Shown piece after piece: positions 1 through 9,599 of a stretch of 64,000 nucleotides of DNA (its first letter is position 1; every line of letters begins with the position of its first letter). The position numbers were made by a program, and so were the translations under genes. The notes below the pieces were generated by a model, which saw nothing but the letters and a program-made list of their open reading frames with translations, had not been told where the DNA came from and searched no databases. The stretch lies in NCBI GenBank assembly GCA_963755915.1, contig CAVWLP010000002.1:1184001-1248000 (forward strand), in the 5' to 3' direction. Source of the stretch: an uncultured Phycisphaerales bacterium. Lineage in GTDB: Bacteria; Planctomycetota; Phycisphaerae; Tepidisphaerales; Tepidisphaeraceae.

Positions 1-2
1 CC

Positions 3-488
3 CTGACCGCGCTGGAGGAGCATCAGTCCCTGATGAACCACAGCGGCCTTGCCCCGGTGCATGTGAATGACATATTGAAGGTGAGCTGCACGCCGCCGGA
101 ATTTTGGGAACCGCTGGCGCTGACACAGAATGTTTTGTATGCGCATCAGCAGTGGCGCTCGCCTGACCATCACGTGGGGATGGGCGTGGCGTATATGCAC
201 ACGCCTTTTACGTTCTCGCCGGAGATGATGATCTGGTTCGCGAAAATGCAGTACACCGCCTGCTCGGATGGTTCGGGGCGTCTGATCGCGCAATGGACTG
301 ATGGGCTCGGTCGATGCTGGTTTGAAGCCCAGAACAATACCTATCACGTGCTGGGTTACGCGATGACCCGCGGGCTGGATGCATGGATGGTGTACAGCGG
401 CTATCAAGTGAAGAAGAATCCGCCGCCGGGGGAGATTCGGCTGGCGGCGCGCGGCGCGGATACTGTGACGCCGCTGGGGGGCGAATGA
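3..488 (+). CDS. hypothetical protein, 5' end outside window
   Basis: Frame is open from the window edge to TGA at 486-488; no recognisable motif. Confidence 0.6.
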   Translation: MTALEEHQSLMNHSGLAPVHVNDILKVSCTPPEFWEPLALTQNVLYAHQQWRSPDHHVGMGVAYMHTPFTFSPEMMIWFAKMQYTACSDGSGRLIAQWTDGLGRCWFEAQNNTYHVLGYAMTRGLDAWMVYSGYQVKKNPPPGEIRLAARGADTVTPLGGE

Positions 489-521
489 TTTTTTGTGCGC
501 GGGGCATTGGGTACAAAAGGT

Positions 522-2009
522 TAATCCCGTTCGGCACGGGGTTCGCGCAAGCAGCAAGATATTGAGATTGCGCCTTTGATCTTTTTATGGCATGCTGCCG
601 GACGTGCAGGCAAGACTGAAGGAAAAAGAGATCCTGTGCCTCGGACATCTGCGGCGCGTCTTCGCGCTGCTGCCCACGCTGCGGGATGTGGGCTGTGAGC
701 GGGATCGAGCCGGGAACCGCCAGCTTCACTTCGACGATTATTGCAAGCTGGTTTTGCTTTACACCTGGAATCCGCTGATCCAATCCCTGCGGGATCTTCA
801 GGAGGTTGCTGAACTGCCCAAGGTGGCCAAGGCGCTGGGAATTAAGCGTTTTTCCGTGGGCAGTTTCTCTGAATCGGTTCGGGTGTTCGAGCCGGGGCGT
901 TTGACGCCGCTGATTGAGGAATTGGCGGGGGAACTGCCCCAGGCGCCCGATCCGCGTCTTGCGGACTTTGGGCAGGCGATCACGCTGGTCGACGGGACGG
1001 TGCTGACGGCGCTGAGTCGGCTGGCCAAATCCGCTTGCGGCATCGATGCGCACTACAACACCTCCCGGGACGGGAAAGCGGTCTATGGCTGGCGTTTGCA
1101 CGTTCAATTCGATCTGGAGACGTTCAAAGTCCATCGCCTCGACCGCACTGGCGCTCGCAACGCGGGGGCCAACCGTGAAAACAACGTCCTGCGGCGCAGC
1201 CTGGAAGCAGGACGGTGCTATGTAGGAGACGGCGGCTACGCCGACCGGAGCCTCTTTGCGGACATCGCCGCGGCGCAAAGCTCCTTTGTGATGCGGGCCG
1301 CGGAAAACTCGGTGTTTGAGCTGTTTGAAGAACGATTGCTTTCACAGGAAGCATTGGACGGCGGCGTGGTGCGAGACGCGCTGGTGAAACTCGACGGCCT
1401 GGAGACGGCGGCGGATAGGGTGGTGCGACGGGTGGAAGTGCAGGTGAAACCCCATCCGCGCCGCACGCGCAGCGGCAACAAGCCGACGGACCTGATCATC
1501 CTGTACACGAACCTGCTGGACCTGCCGGCGGAATTGATCGCCCTGATTTATCTGTACCGCTACACCGTTGAGTTGTTCTTCCGGATCTTCAAGCAACTGC
1601 TGGGCATGCGTCACCTGCTGAGCCAACGCCAGGAGGGGATCGACATCCAAATCCACTGCGCTGATCGTCTGCGTGCTGATTCAGCTGATCAGCGGCAGGA
1701 AGCCGAACAAGGCGATGCGGAACATGATCGGCTGGTATCTGCTGGGGCTGGCCGAGGAACAGGACGTGCTTCGATTCCTGAACAAGCCGGATAACACCGG
1801 GATTAAGCTGAGGGCAAGAGCGGAGGCCTTGAAAAAACTGGGAGTAAACTGAAGGGGAATCCGTCGCCGCGGAGACCTCGCGGTTGATGCTGCGCTCTTG
1901 CGGACGCCGGCGTGCAGCAGGGGAAAGTAAAAGTATCTAAGCTTCAATTGTTTCGCGTCCTCCACAGCTTTGGAATGCTCCGATGAAGCCTGCGTGCCGA
2001 ACGGGATTA
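522..2009 (+). mobile_element. IS4-family insertion sequence, copy 1 (1488 bp)
   Basis: 17-bp terminal inverted repeats TAATCCCGTTCGGCACG / CGTGCCGAACGGGATTA; 9-bp direct repeat ACAAAAGGT at 513-521 and 2010-2018; matches copy 2 apart from a 2-bp deletion. Confidence 0.93.
592..1852 (+). pseudogene. IS4-family DDE transposase, frameshifted near 1660
   Basis: DGT, DGGY and Y-x-x-R-x-x-x-E-x6-K (YLYRYTVELFFRIFK) motifs; CACTGCGCTG here versus CACTGCGCGCTG in copy 2; may be an assembly error. Confidence 0.85.
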
Positions 2010-2248
2010 ACAAAAGGTAACAGTCCGCGATAATCTGGGTTGTTTGAGGGATTTAGGAAGGTTTTTCTCAATTATTGTCATAATTCGTCCTGGTTTGGTT
2101 GTTTTATAGAATCTCAGTTGCAGCAACCCGGCGCGGACGACCAAGCGAGTGGGGCTGTGACACTTGAAGCGGCCGGAATTATTCCCCCCCCTTCCCGGAT
2201 ACTTCGATTTTATTTGGCGCATGCTTCGCTTGAGTTGTGCCGATGTAT

Positions 2249-2267
2249 TGGATACATTTTGTATCCA
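2249..2267. promoter_or_regulatory. probable HigA operator
   Basis: Perfect inverted repeat TGGATACA-TTT-TGTATCCA abutting the higB start codon. Confidence 0.65.
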
Positions 2268-2575
2268 TGCGGCTGATTAAACCGCTGACGATCAAGGAGT
2301 ACTACACCAAGCATAGAGACGCGGAGGAATGGCTGAAGGCGTGGATTGTCACTGCCAAGGCAGCAAAATGGGAAAACGTCAACGACGTTCGCAAGGCGTA
2401 CCCGAAGACGACAACGGCACTGGGCGACAGCGGCAGCACCGTGACGATCTTCAAAGTCAAAGGCAACAACTATAGGTTCATGGTGGCAATCCACTACAAC
2501 ACGCAACGGATTTACGTGCGCGACTTCATGACCCACGAGCAGTACAACAGCCAGACATGGAAGAAAAGACATTGA
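2267..2575 (+). CDS. higB: type II toxin, HigB family
   Basis: 102 aa with W..A.W....DVR..YP, IFKVKGNNYR and FMTHEQY motifs; toxin-first gene order. Confidence 0.9.
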   Translation: MRLIKPLTIKEYYTKHRDAEEWLKAWIVTAKAAKWENVNDVRKAYPKTTTALGDSGSTVTIFKVKGNNYRFMVAIHYNTQRIYVRDFMTHEQYNSQTWKKRH

Positions 2576-2598
2576 AGGCTTAAGACTGGGAGACCGTC

Positions 2599-3033
2599 AT
2601 GGCAGTCAAGATAAGCAACAAGATCATTCGGAATCAATTCCTGGAACTGGTCCAGAAGTTTCCCCTGAAGCCGATCCGCACGAAACAGCAGTTGGAAGCC
2701 GCGCACGAAGTCATCGACGAACTGACCCGCATCCCTGAGGACAAGTTGTCCAGCGACCAGTCCGATTATCTGGAAGTGCTTGGAGATTTGACGCTTGCGT
2801 ACGAGCAGAAGCAGATGGAGCAGGAGACGGCCGAGGTCGACGGTCATAAGCTGCTTCTGCACCTGATGGAAGAGCACGATATGAACGCCTCGGCGCTGGG
2901 CAAGCTGCTCGGTCATCGCGAGTTGGGGTCGAAGATCGTGCGCGGCGAACGCGAGATTAGCAAGGCCAATGCAAAGCTGCTTGGAGAACATTTCGGGCTG
3001 CCGGCCGAGATTTTCTTGCGCTCGGCATCCTGA
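2599..3033 (+). CDS. higA: HigA-family antitoxin (HTH)
   Basis: FPLKPIRT, YLEVLGDL..AYE and C-terminal HTH with SKIVRGEREIS; directly downstream of higB. Confidence 0.88.
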   Translation: MAVKISNKIIRNQFLELVQKFPLKPIRTKQQLEAAHEVIDELTRIPEDKLSSDQSDYLEVLGDLTLAYEQKQMEQETAEVDGHKLLLHLMEEHDMNASALGKLLGHRELGSKIVRGEREISKANAKLLGEHFGLPAEIFLRSAS

Positions 3034-3130
3034 TGGCGAACTTATTTTTGCGACCTGCTTTCGCCTGCCGACTTTGCGCCTTCCTTTCGTTCGTCAACTC
3101 TTGCCGTGCGAATTAAGATGCAGTGACCAG

Positions 3131-4257
3131 ATGCGCAGGCTTTTGCTTATTGCGATGCCGCTTGGACTCTGGCTCAATTGCGTTTCAGCTCAGACGACTC
3201 AGCCTGGGGAGAACGCGGCGGTGATCTACGTGCAAGCGGCTGGCATCGTTGAGAAAAACAACGACGCGGGGATCTATCCACCGTCCTCATCCAATCTCGT
3301 TTATGCCGGCTATCCCCCGTATCCCGGGGAATGGCATCGACTGGAAGAGGTGGACTTTCGGGCAAGCGCTGCGCGCGCAAACTGACGCATCAGGCCGCAC
3401 TGATCGGGCAAGCGGATTGGCAGGCGATCACTTCGCAAGCCAGGGCAAAGTGGTCAACGAGTCCGCTGCGGGGTTTGGCCGTCGACGGGGAGCTACTGAA
3501 TCCACTGCGGGGCTTGGCCAACGTACTGGCCGACGCGATGCTTTGGCAGCATGAGCAGAAAGATGACGTCGCGGCCATCGAAACCATGCAGGATTTATGG
3601 CGATTGGCCGCAGCCGTCCAAAGGATCGAGAATACGGGTTCATGCCTCCTGACCGGCCTTGCCATTCAAGACCTGGATCTCGAGCGACTTGAGGTTGTTA
3701 CATCGAGCCTCGCTTTGACCAAAGATCAGCATGACGCAAAATCGGTCCAGGCCACGACCGCCCGCGAACTGATTGGCGAATTGATGGATCACCCCGATCC
3801 GAAGACCGAGGGGGCGAATTTTAATCATGTTTATGGAGCTGCCATGAAAGGCGCGCCGGCGAGCCTGCCTGGTACCATCGTCGAAATCATTAACAGCGTC
3901 GATGCCGAGCGCGATTTAGCCGCGATGTCTTTAGCATGCCATCTTTACCGGTTCGAGACTGGCCAATGGCCGCGTTCTGCCGACGATATCGGAAAATATT
4001 TGCCACACATGCCGATCGACCCGTTCGGCGACGGAACGCAACCTTTGGGATATGTGCTGATCAAAGGAGGCTTGCCCGACGGTTCGGATCGACCGCTGGT
4101 TTACTCTCGCCACCGGATGAAGGGCGGACGCGCTTTCCGAGTCGATCGACCCGAGTATTCCGATTACGTCGGGGACGGCGGCCAATTTCGAGATGTTGCA
4201 AGTTGGTCGCCCCCAGAAACAAGTCATCTCTCCGCAACCACTCGACCGTTGAACTGA
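3131..4257 (+). CDS. exported hypothetical protein, frameshifted near 3380
   Basis: Signal peptide MRRLLLIAMPLGLWLNCVSA; joins the 3331..4257 frame; C-terminal LYRFETGQWP...PIDPF motif. Confidence 0.55.
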
Positions 4258-4320
4258 TTCGAAGTTGTTTCGTCTAATTGATGGTCCGAACGGTTCCGAA
4301 GCGTCGCATGGATTTACGCG

Positions 4321-4361
4321 CCCCTCACCCCCGCCCTCTCCCAGATTACTGGGAGAGGGGG
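4321..4361. repeat. REP-like hairpin family A (CCCTCACCCC..CCCTCTCCC..GGGAGAGGG)
   Basis: Related copies at about 5891-5930, 18181-18222, 38930-38970, 44365-44434 and 63847-63904. Confidence 0.75.
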
Positions 4362-4382
4362 TGGAAAGCAGGAAGCCAAGAA

Positions 4383-5403
4383 CTAATTCGCCTCGGGGTT
4401 TGGAGCTCCAATCGTCGGCCGCTCCTCCGGCGTAATCAGCAGCGCCAGCTTATCCCGTCCGCGCAGGACCACGATCTCTTCCGGTTTGCCGGTGCGCTCT
4501 TCCGTCAACAGCTTGTACAGCTCATCCATACGCTCGACGGGCGTCTGCGCGAATTCGACGATGATATCGCCGTCGCGCAGTCCCGCGCGGGCGGCGGGGC
4601 TGCCGGGCTCGACCTGGATGACCATCACGCCTCCGTCGGTGGCGAGGTGGTGGAAGCGGACGACCCGCCGCTGCAGGGGGATGTCCTGCCCGCCGAGGCC
4701 GACGTAGCTGCGTTTGACGCGGCCGAAGCGGAGAAGCTGGGCGGCGACGAAGACGGCGGTGTTACTGGGGATGGCGAAACAGAGGCCCTGTGCGGGGCGG
4801 ACGATGGCGGTGTTGACGCCGACGACTTCGCCGCGGCCGTTGACCAGCGGTCCGCCGCTGTTGCCGGGGTTCAGGGCGGCATCCGTCTGGATGACGTTGT
4901 CGACGAGGCGTCCGCCTGCCGAGCGGAAGCTTCGCGGTGGCGCTGACGACGCCGGCGGTGACGGTGTATTGGAAGCCGTACGGGTTCCCGATGGCGATGA
5001 CAAGTTGCCCGACGCGCAGGGCGGAGGAATCGCCGAGCGTGGCGGTGGGGAGGTTCGGGCCGTCGACGCGGATGATGGCCAGGTCGGTATCCGGGTCTTC
5101 CCCAACAAGCTGGGCGGAGAACCGCCGGCCGTCCGGCAGGGCGGCCTCGATCTCGCTGGCGCCATGGACGACGTGGCTGTTGGTGAGGACGAAGCCGTCG
5201 GGGGTGAAGACGAATCCCGACCCGCTGCCGCCGGCGTGGGGCCCGCGCTGGGAGGGGTGGTGGACCTCGATATTGACCACCGCCGGGCTGGCCAGGCGGG
5301 CGGCTTCCATCACAGTGCGGGAATAGGCGTCAAGAGCGGACTCCTCCGCGGCCGGATCGTCCCGGGTTTCGGCTGCTGAATCATTTGGGGTTGTTTCAGT
5401 CAT
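4383..5403 (-). CDS. HtrA/DegP-like trypsin serine protease with PDZ domain, frameshifted near 4935
   Basis: TNSHVV, DLAII and [16 protein letters not shown] motifs plus a C-terminal PDZ (GLRDGDII), split over two frames. Confidence 0.88.
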
Positions 5404-5484
5404 GTTCGATCCTAGGAAGTTGATTTAAAAAAGTAAAATACGGTCGATTTGAATACCAGGTATCTTTTATATATCATTACGGTG

Positions 5485-5802
5485 ATGTCCAAACCTTTGT
5501 TCCAATGCCCCGCCCAGCGAACGCTGGTGGTGATCGGGGGAAGGTGGAAAATTCCGATCCTATATTACCTGAGGGCGAGAACGTGCCGTTTTTCGGAGCT
5601 TCGGCGGCTTTTATCGCCGGTGACGCCGAAGATGCTGGCCCAGCAGCTTCGGGAGCTGGAGGGGGATGGGATGGTGAAGAGGAAGGTGTTTGCCGAGATT
5701 CCGCCGAAGGTGGAGTATTCGCTGACGGCAATGGGGCGGAGCGTGGGGCCGATCATCGGGGAGATGTGCAGGTGGAGCGGGAAGTGCGGCAGGGGGAGAT
5801 GA
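5485..5802 (+). CDS. HxlR-family winged-helix regulator
   Basis: CP....VIGGRWK, RFSELRR, LRELE.DG.V.R and PPKVEYSLT motifs. Confidence 0.9.
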   Translation: MSKPLFQCPAQRTLVVIGGRWKIPILYYLRARTCRFSELRRLLSPVTPKMLAQQLRELEGDGMVKRKVFAEIPPKVEYSLTAMGRSVGPIIGEMCRWSGKCGRGR

Positions 5803-5951
5803 GATTGCCAAATGCCAAATGCCAAATCGATATGTAGGGGAAAAACTTATGGGGAGCGGGTGCCGAGTTTTCCCTTGAAATTGTTTCAGGCCCTCACCCC
5901 TGCCCTCTCCCTGGGTACAGGGAGAGGGGGAAATGCGGGGAAAAAATGGAT

Positions 5952-7346
5952 CTAAATTTGCCGCGCCGCGCCGTTGGCGGCTAGGGCCGCCTCGCGGAGG
6001 GCTTCGGGCATGGTGGGGTGGGCGTGGAACGCGTGACCGATGTCTGAAACGCAGGCGGCGAATTCCATGGCGATCACCGCTTCGGCGATCATGTCGCTTG
6101 CCCCGGCGCCAAGAATATGAACGCCCAGGAGCCGATCGGTTTTCGCGTCGCCGATCACTTTTACGAACCCGTCGGTTTCGTCCATGCCCCGGGCGCGGCC
6201 GTTGGCGGTGAAGGGGAATTTTCCGATCTTGATCGGCCCCTTGGCGGAGGCTTCTTCCTGCGTGAGTCCCACGGCCGCGAGCTCGGGATGCGTGTAAACG
6301 ATTGCGGGGCAGGCGCGATAGTTCACGTGACCCGGTTTGCCGGCCATAATTTCAACAGCCCCGACGCCTTCTTCCTCGGCCTTGTGGGCCAGCATGATGC
6401 CGCCGATGACATCGCCGATGGCGTATATCCCGGGGACGCTGGTCGCAAATTTGGCGTCGACAACCACAAACCCCCGCTTGTCGATGGCCACGCCGGCTTC
6501 GGTTAAACCCAATCCATTGGTCACCGGCCGGCGGCCGATGCAGACCAGAACTTTATCGACTTCTTCTTCGCCGGTTTCGGTGCCGCTGTGAAAGCCCACG
6601 TGCAGCCGTGCCCCGGAAATCTTGACGGAATCTGCCGAGGTGTTGAAGCGGAATTTGATCCCCTGTTTTTCCAGAAGTCTTTGCAGCGCCGTCGCCATTT
6701 CGCGGTCCGACGTTGGGAGGATGCCGGGCAGAAATTCGAGCATGATCACTTCCGAGCCGAGCCGGCTCCAGACGCTGCCCATTTCAACGCCGATGTATCC
6801 GGCGCCGACGATGATCATTTTCTCGGGAACTTCGGGGAGGGAGAGTGCCTCGGTGGAGGAGAGGATATTTTTCCCGCCGAAGGGGAGGGCGGGGAGTTCA
6901 ATCGGCGCGCTGCCGGTGGCGATGAGGATATTTTTGGTTTTGTAGGTGGCGGTCGCGTCGGCGGATTTCACTTCGACGACCCCGGGTCCTAGGATTTTTC
7001 CCTGGCCGACGAGATGATCGATCTTGTTTTTGCGGAAGAGATATCCGACGCCGGTCGTCATTTTTTTCACGACGTCGTCTTTAAAGGCCATTAAGGTTGG
7101 CAGCTCCACCTTGGTATCCGGCGCGAGGATCCCCCGGCGGGGGAGGTGATGCTTGATGTCGTAATATTTGTGCGAGGCGTCGAGCAGTGCCTTGGAGGGA
7201 ATGCAGCCGATGTTCAGGCACGTTCCGCCAAGGAACTCGCGTTCGACGCAGGCGGTTTTCAGTCCGAGTTGTGCGGCACGGATGGCGGCGGTGTATCCGC
7301 CGGGGCCGGCGCCGATGACGATGAGATCGTAATTTTCCTGGGCCAT
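5952..7346 (-). CDS. lpdA: dihydrolipoyl dehydrogenase
   Basis: GAGPGGY, GGTCLNIGCIPSK redox disulfide, MLAHKAEEEG and HAHPT motifs. Confidence 0.96.
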   Translation of the reverse strand: MAQENYDLIVIGAGPGGYTAAIRAAQLGLKTACVEREFLGGTCLNIGCIPSKALLDASHKYYDIKHHLPRRGILAPDTKVELPTLMAFKDDVVKKMTTGVGYLFRKNKIDHLVGQGKILGPGVVEVKSADATATYKTKNILIATGSAPIELPALPFGGKNILSSTEALSLPEVPEKMIIVGAGYIGVEMGSVWSRLGSEVIMLEFLPGILPTSDREMATALQRLLEKQGIKFRFNTSADSVKISGARLHVGFHSGTETGEEEVDKVLVCIGRRPVTNGLGLTEAGVAIDKRGFVVVDAKFATSVPGIYAIGDVIGGIMLAHKAEEEGVGAVEIMAGKPGHVNYRACPAIVYTHPELAAVGLTQEEASAKGPIKIGKFPFTANGRARGMDETDGFVKVIGDAKTDRLLGVHILGAGASDMIAEAVIAMEFAACVSDIGHAFHAHPTMPEALREAALAANGAARQI

Positions 7347-7433
7347 AGTCGGGGAATCTTAGGTTCTGTTTTGGTGCGCCGCCACTTGCGGGGAGTGTGA
7401 TGCCTACATAGTTTGTTATGCTAAAGGGCGGGC

Positions 7434-8283
7434 ATGAGCACAACACCATCGATTCGATTTAAACGTGGCGGCAGGTTCACACCAGGGCGGATCATCATTT
7501 TTATCCTGATAGTAGGAGGTCTGCTGGCCTGGCAGGGGAGCGAGAAATTTCCCACGCCGCCGGCCTCGGGGACGACGCTAAACGGGGCGGTTCCAACCAG
7601 CAGGCCTTCGGGGGATATTCTTCGCGTCGCGACGTTCAACATCAACGGCAGTTCGGACGACGGCATTGCCGACACGTTGCGCGGGCCCGATGGGAAGGGG
7701 TTCGATCTCATCGGCCTTCAGGAAGTGCATGGGGACATGCCGTTTTCAAGCGCGAATGGGGCGCAGATTCTGGGGCAGAAGCTGAATATGCCCTGGCTCT
7801 TCGCGCCGGTCGAGAGGCAATGGTGGCACGATGCGTTCGGCGACGGCGTGTTGACGACGCTGGCGGTGGACCACTGGCAAAGATTTCCGCTGGCCAATGA
7901 ATCGTCTGACAGTAACCGCGAAGTAACAATTCTTCATCTTGAATTCGACGGCAAGCCGCTGAACTTCATGAACAACCACCTGGCGACGCACGGCGACCGG
8001 GAAGATGAATTGGCAACGGTGGCGTCGCTGTTTCTGTCGATGGAGGAGCCGGTGGTGATGATCGGGGATTTCAATTCGAAGAACGATTCGCCGACGATCC
8101 AGATACTGCGGAGTACGCCGGGGGTGATTGACCCGATCGGGGATAACGTGATCGCCAAGGGGGGGAGAGCTGGGACCGGATTTTGCGCGGGGGATGAAGG
8201 CGGTGGACAGCGGGTTTATTGATAAGGGGGCGTCGGATCATCCGATGGCGTGGGCGTATTTGGAGTTGGGGACGGAAAAGTGA
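7434..8283 (+). CDS. endonuclease/exonuclease/phosphatase family protein, frameshifted near 8160-8190
   Basis: TFNI, LQEV, NHL and GDFNS motifs; the terminal SDH motif is in another frame (8221-8283, DKGASDHPMAW); N-terminal TM. Confidence 0.8.
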
Positions 8284-8310
8284 CCTTTGTCATGTTATAA
8301 TACCGTGGCA

Positions 8311-8955
8311 ATGACTGCGAATGCTCCAATGTTGAATGGCGCTATCGCCGAGAACTTAGCTGCCGAGCCGGCTTGGGATATCGCCACGCTCTTCCCGAAT
8401 CAAGGCGACTTGGGTGAGGGGGATTATTTGTCTCTAACTCAACATACGAATCGGCTGGCAGAATTCACAGATGGCCGAATCGAGGTGCTGAAAATGCCAA
8501 CAGTTGAGCACCAGAAGATTGTGTTGTACCTGATCAAACTGCTTGAATCGTTCGTTTTGTCGCGGGGCCTTGGCGATGCGATCATGGCGCCTGTACGAGT
8601 CAGGTTGCGGGAGCGGAAATTCCGCGAGCCGGACGTGATGTTCATGCTACAGCAGAATCTTGCACGAGCCGGGAACGAGTTTTGGGATGGAGCAGACCTG
8701 GTGATGGAAGTGGTGAGCGAAGACGATCCAAAACGGGATTTGGAAGTCAAGCGTGTGGATTATGCGGAGGCGGGTATTCCCGAATATTGGATCGTCGATC
8801 CCAGGAGCAAGACAATCACGGTTTTAAGGCTTGAGGGGAAGCAATACGTCACGCATGCGCAGGTGGTCAACGCCGGCAGCCTGGAATCGGCGCTGCTGCC
8901 GGGATTGACGGTCGACGTTGCCAGCGTTTTCGCGGCTGGGCAGCGACGGCAATAG
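8311..8955 (+). CDS. Uma2-family (PD-(D/E)xK) endonuclease
   Basis: EPDVMF, DLVMEVVS and Y.EAGIPEYWIVDP motifs; extended -10 TGTTATAAT at 8293-8301. Confidence 0.9.
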   Translation: MTANAPMLNGAIAENLAAEPAWDIATLFPNQGDLGEGDYLSLTQHTNRLAEFTDGRIEVLKMPTVEHQKIVLYLIKLLESFVLSRGLGDAIMAPVRVRLRERKFREPDVMFMLQQNLARAGNEFWDGADLVMEVVSEDDPKRDLEVKRVDYAEAGIPEYWIVDPRSKTITVLRLEGKQYVTHAQVVNAGSLESALLPGLTVDVASVFAAGQRRQ

Positions 8956-8976
8956 CAGGCTCGGTTCATCTCGAGC

Positions 8977-9053
8977 CACGCGCCTCACAAATTTCTCTCC
9001 CGGCTCGTCGAAGTTCACCCATTGGCCAGAGCTTTTTAAACCCGGCCCGATGA
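8977..9053 (-). pseudogene. degenerate copy of the murD 3' end
   Basis: 56/77 nt ungapped identity (hand count) to 11589-11665; translates PGLKSSGQWVNFDEPGEKFVRRV versus MurD PGFKSFDQYVNFEQRGEEFVKRV. Confidence 0.8.
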
Positions 9054-9124
9054 TATTCGCTTCGCGGATTCTGTCGGCAGGAAGATCTTGCGGCAGCCAT
9101 TTCATCTCGCGATCCCGATTTTTC

Positions 9125-9174
9125 TTGACAGATCAGACGCCACGTCTTACCCTTAGTTCAGACAAGATGTCTGA
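9125..9174 (+). promoter_or_regulatory. sigma70 promoter with two BlaI/CopY-type operator palindromes
   Basis: TTGACA-17nt-TACCCT; inverted repeats AGACG-CCA-CGTCT (9135-9147) and TCAGACA-AGA-TGTCTGA (9158-9174). Confidence 0.7.
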
Positions 9175-9182
9175 GGCTGCCC

Positions 9183-9584
9183 ATGGCGCGAATTGAAAAT
9201 GACGTAACCGATGCCGAGCTGGGAATCATGCAACGGCTCTGGGAACGCCCGGATGCGGCGATTCGGGAGCTGGCGGACGCCCTCTATCCTGGTTGGAAGA
9301 CTTCGGAATATTCAACCGTCCAGAAACTGCTGGAACGCCTCGAACGCAAGGGATTCGTGCGGCGCAAGGCCGATGCCATGCCCCACCGGTTCCGGGCGGT
9401 TGTGGGGCGGGAAGAATTGATGGGCCGACGGCTGAAGGCGGTGGCCGACAAATTATGCGGCGGCTCGCTGACGCCCCTGCTGACGCATCTCATTCAACGT
9501 CAAAGGCTCTCGGCCAAAGAAATCGAATCGCTGCGGGAGTTGATCGGTCGCGGCGGAAAGCCTCCTGCAAAGCGCAAGGGGTGA
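9183..9584 (+). CDS. BlaI/MecI/CopY-family transcriptional repressor
   Basis: T.AEL.IM..LW, STVQKLLERLERKG and GGSLTPLLTHL motifs. Confidence 0.92.
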   Translation: MARIENDVTDAELGIMQRLWERPDAAIRELADALYPGWKTSEYSTVQKLLERLERKGFVRRKADAMPHRFRAVVGREELMGRRLKAVADKLCGGSLTPLLTHLIQRQRLSAKEIESLRELIGRGGKPPAKRKG

Positions 9585-9599
9585 GAAAAGGAGCCGGGC

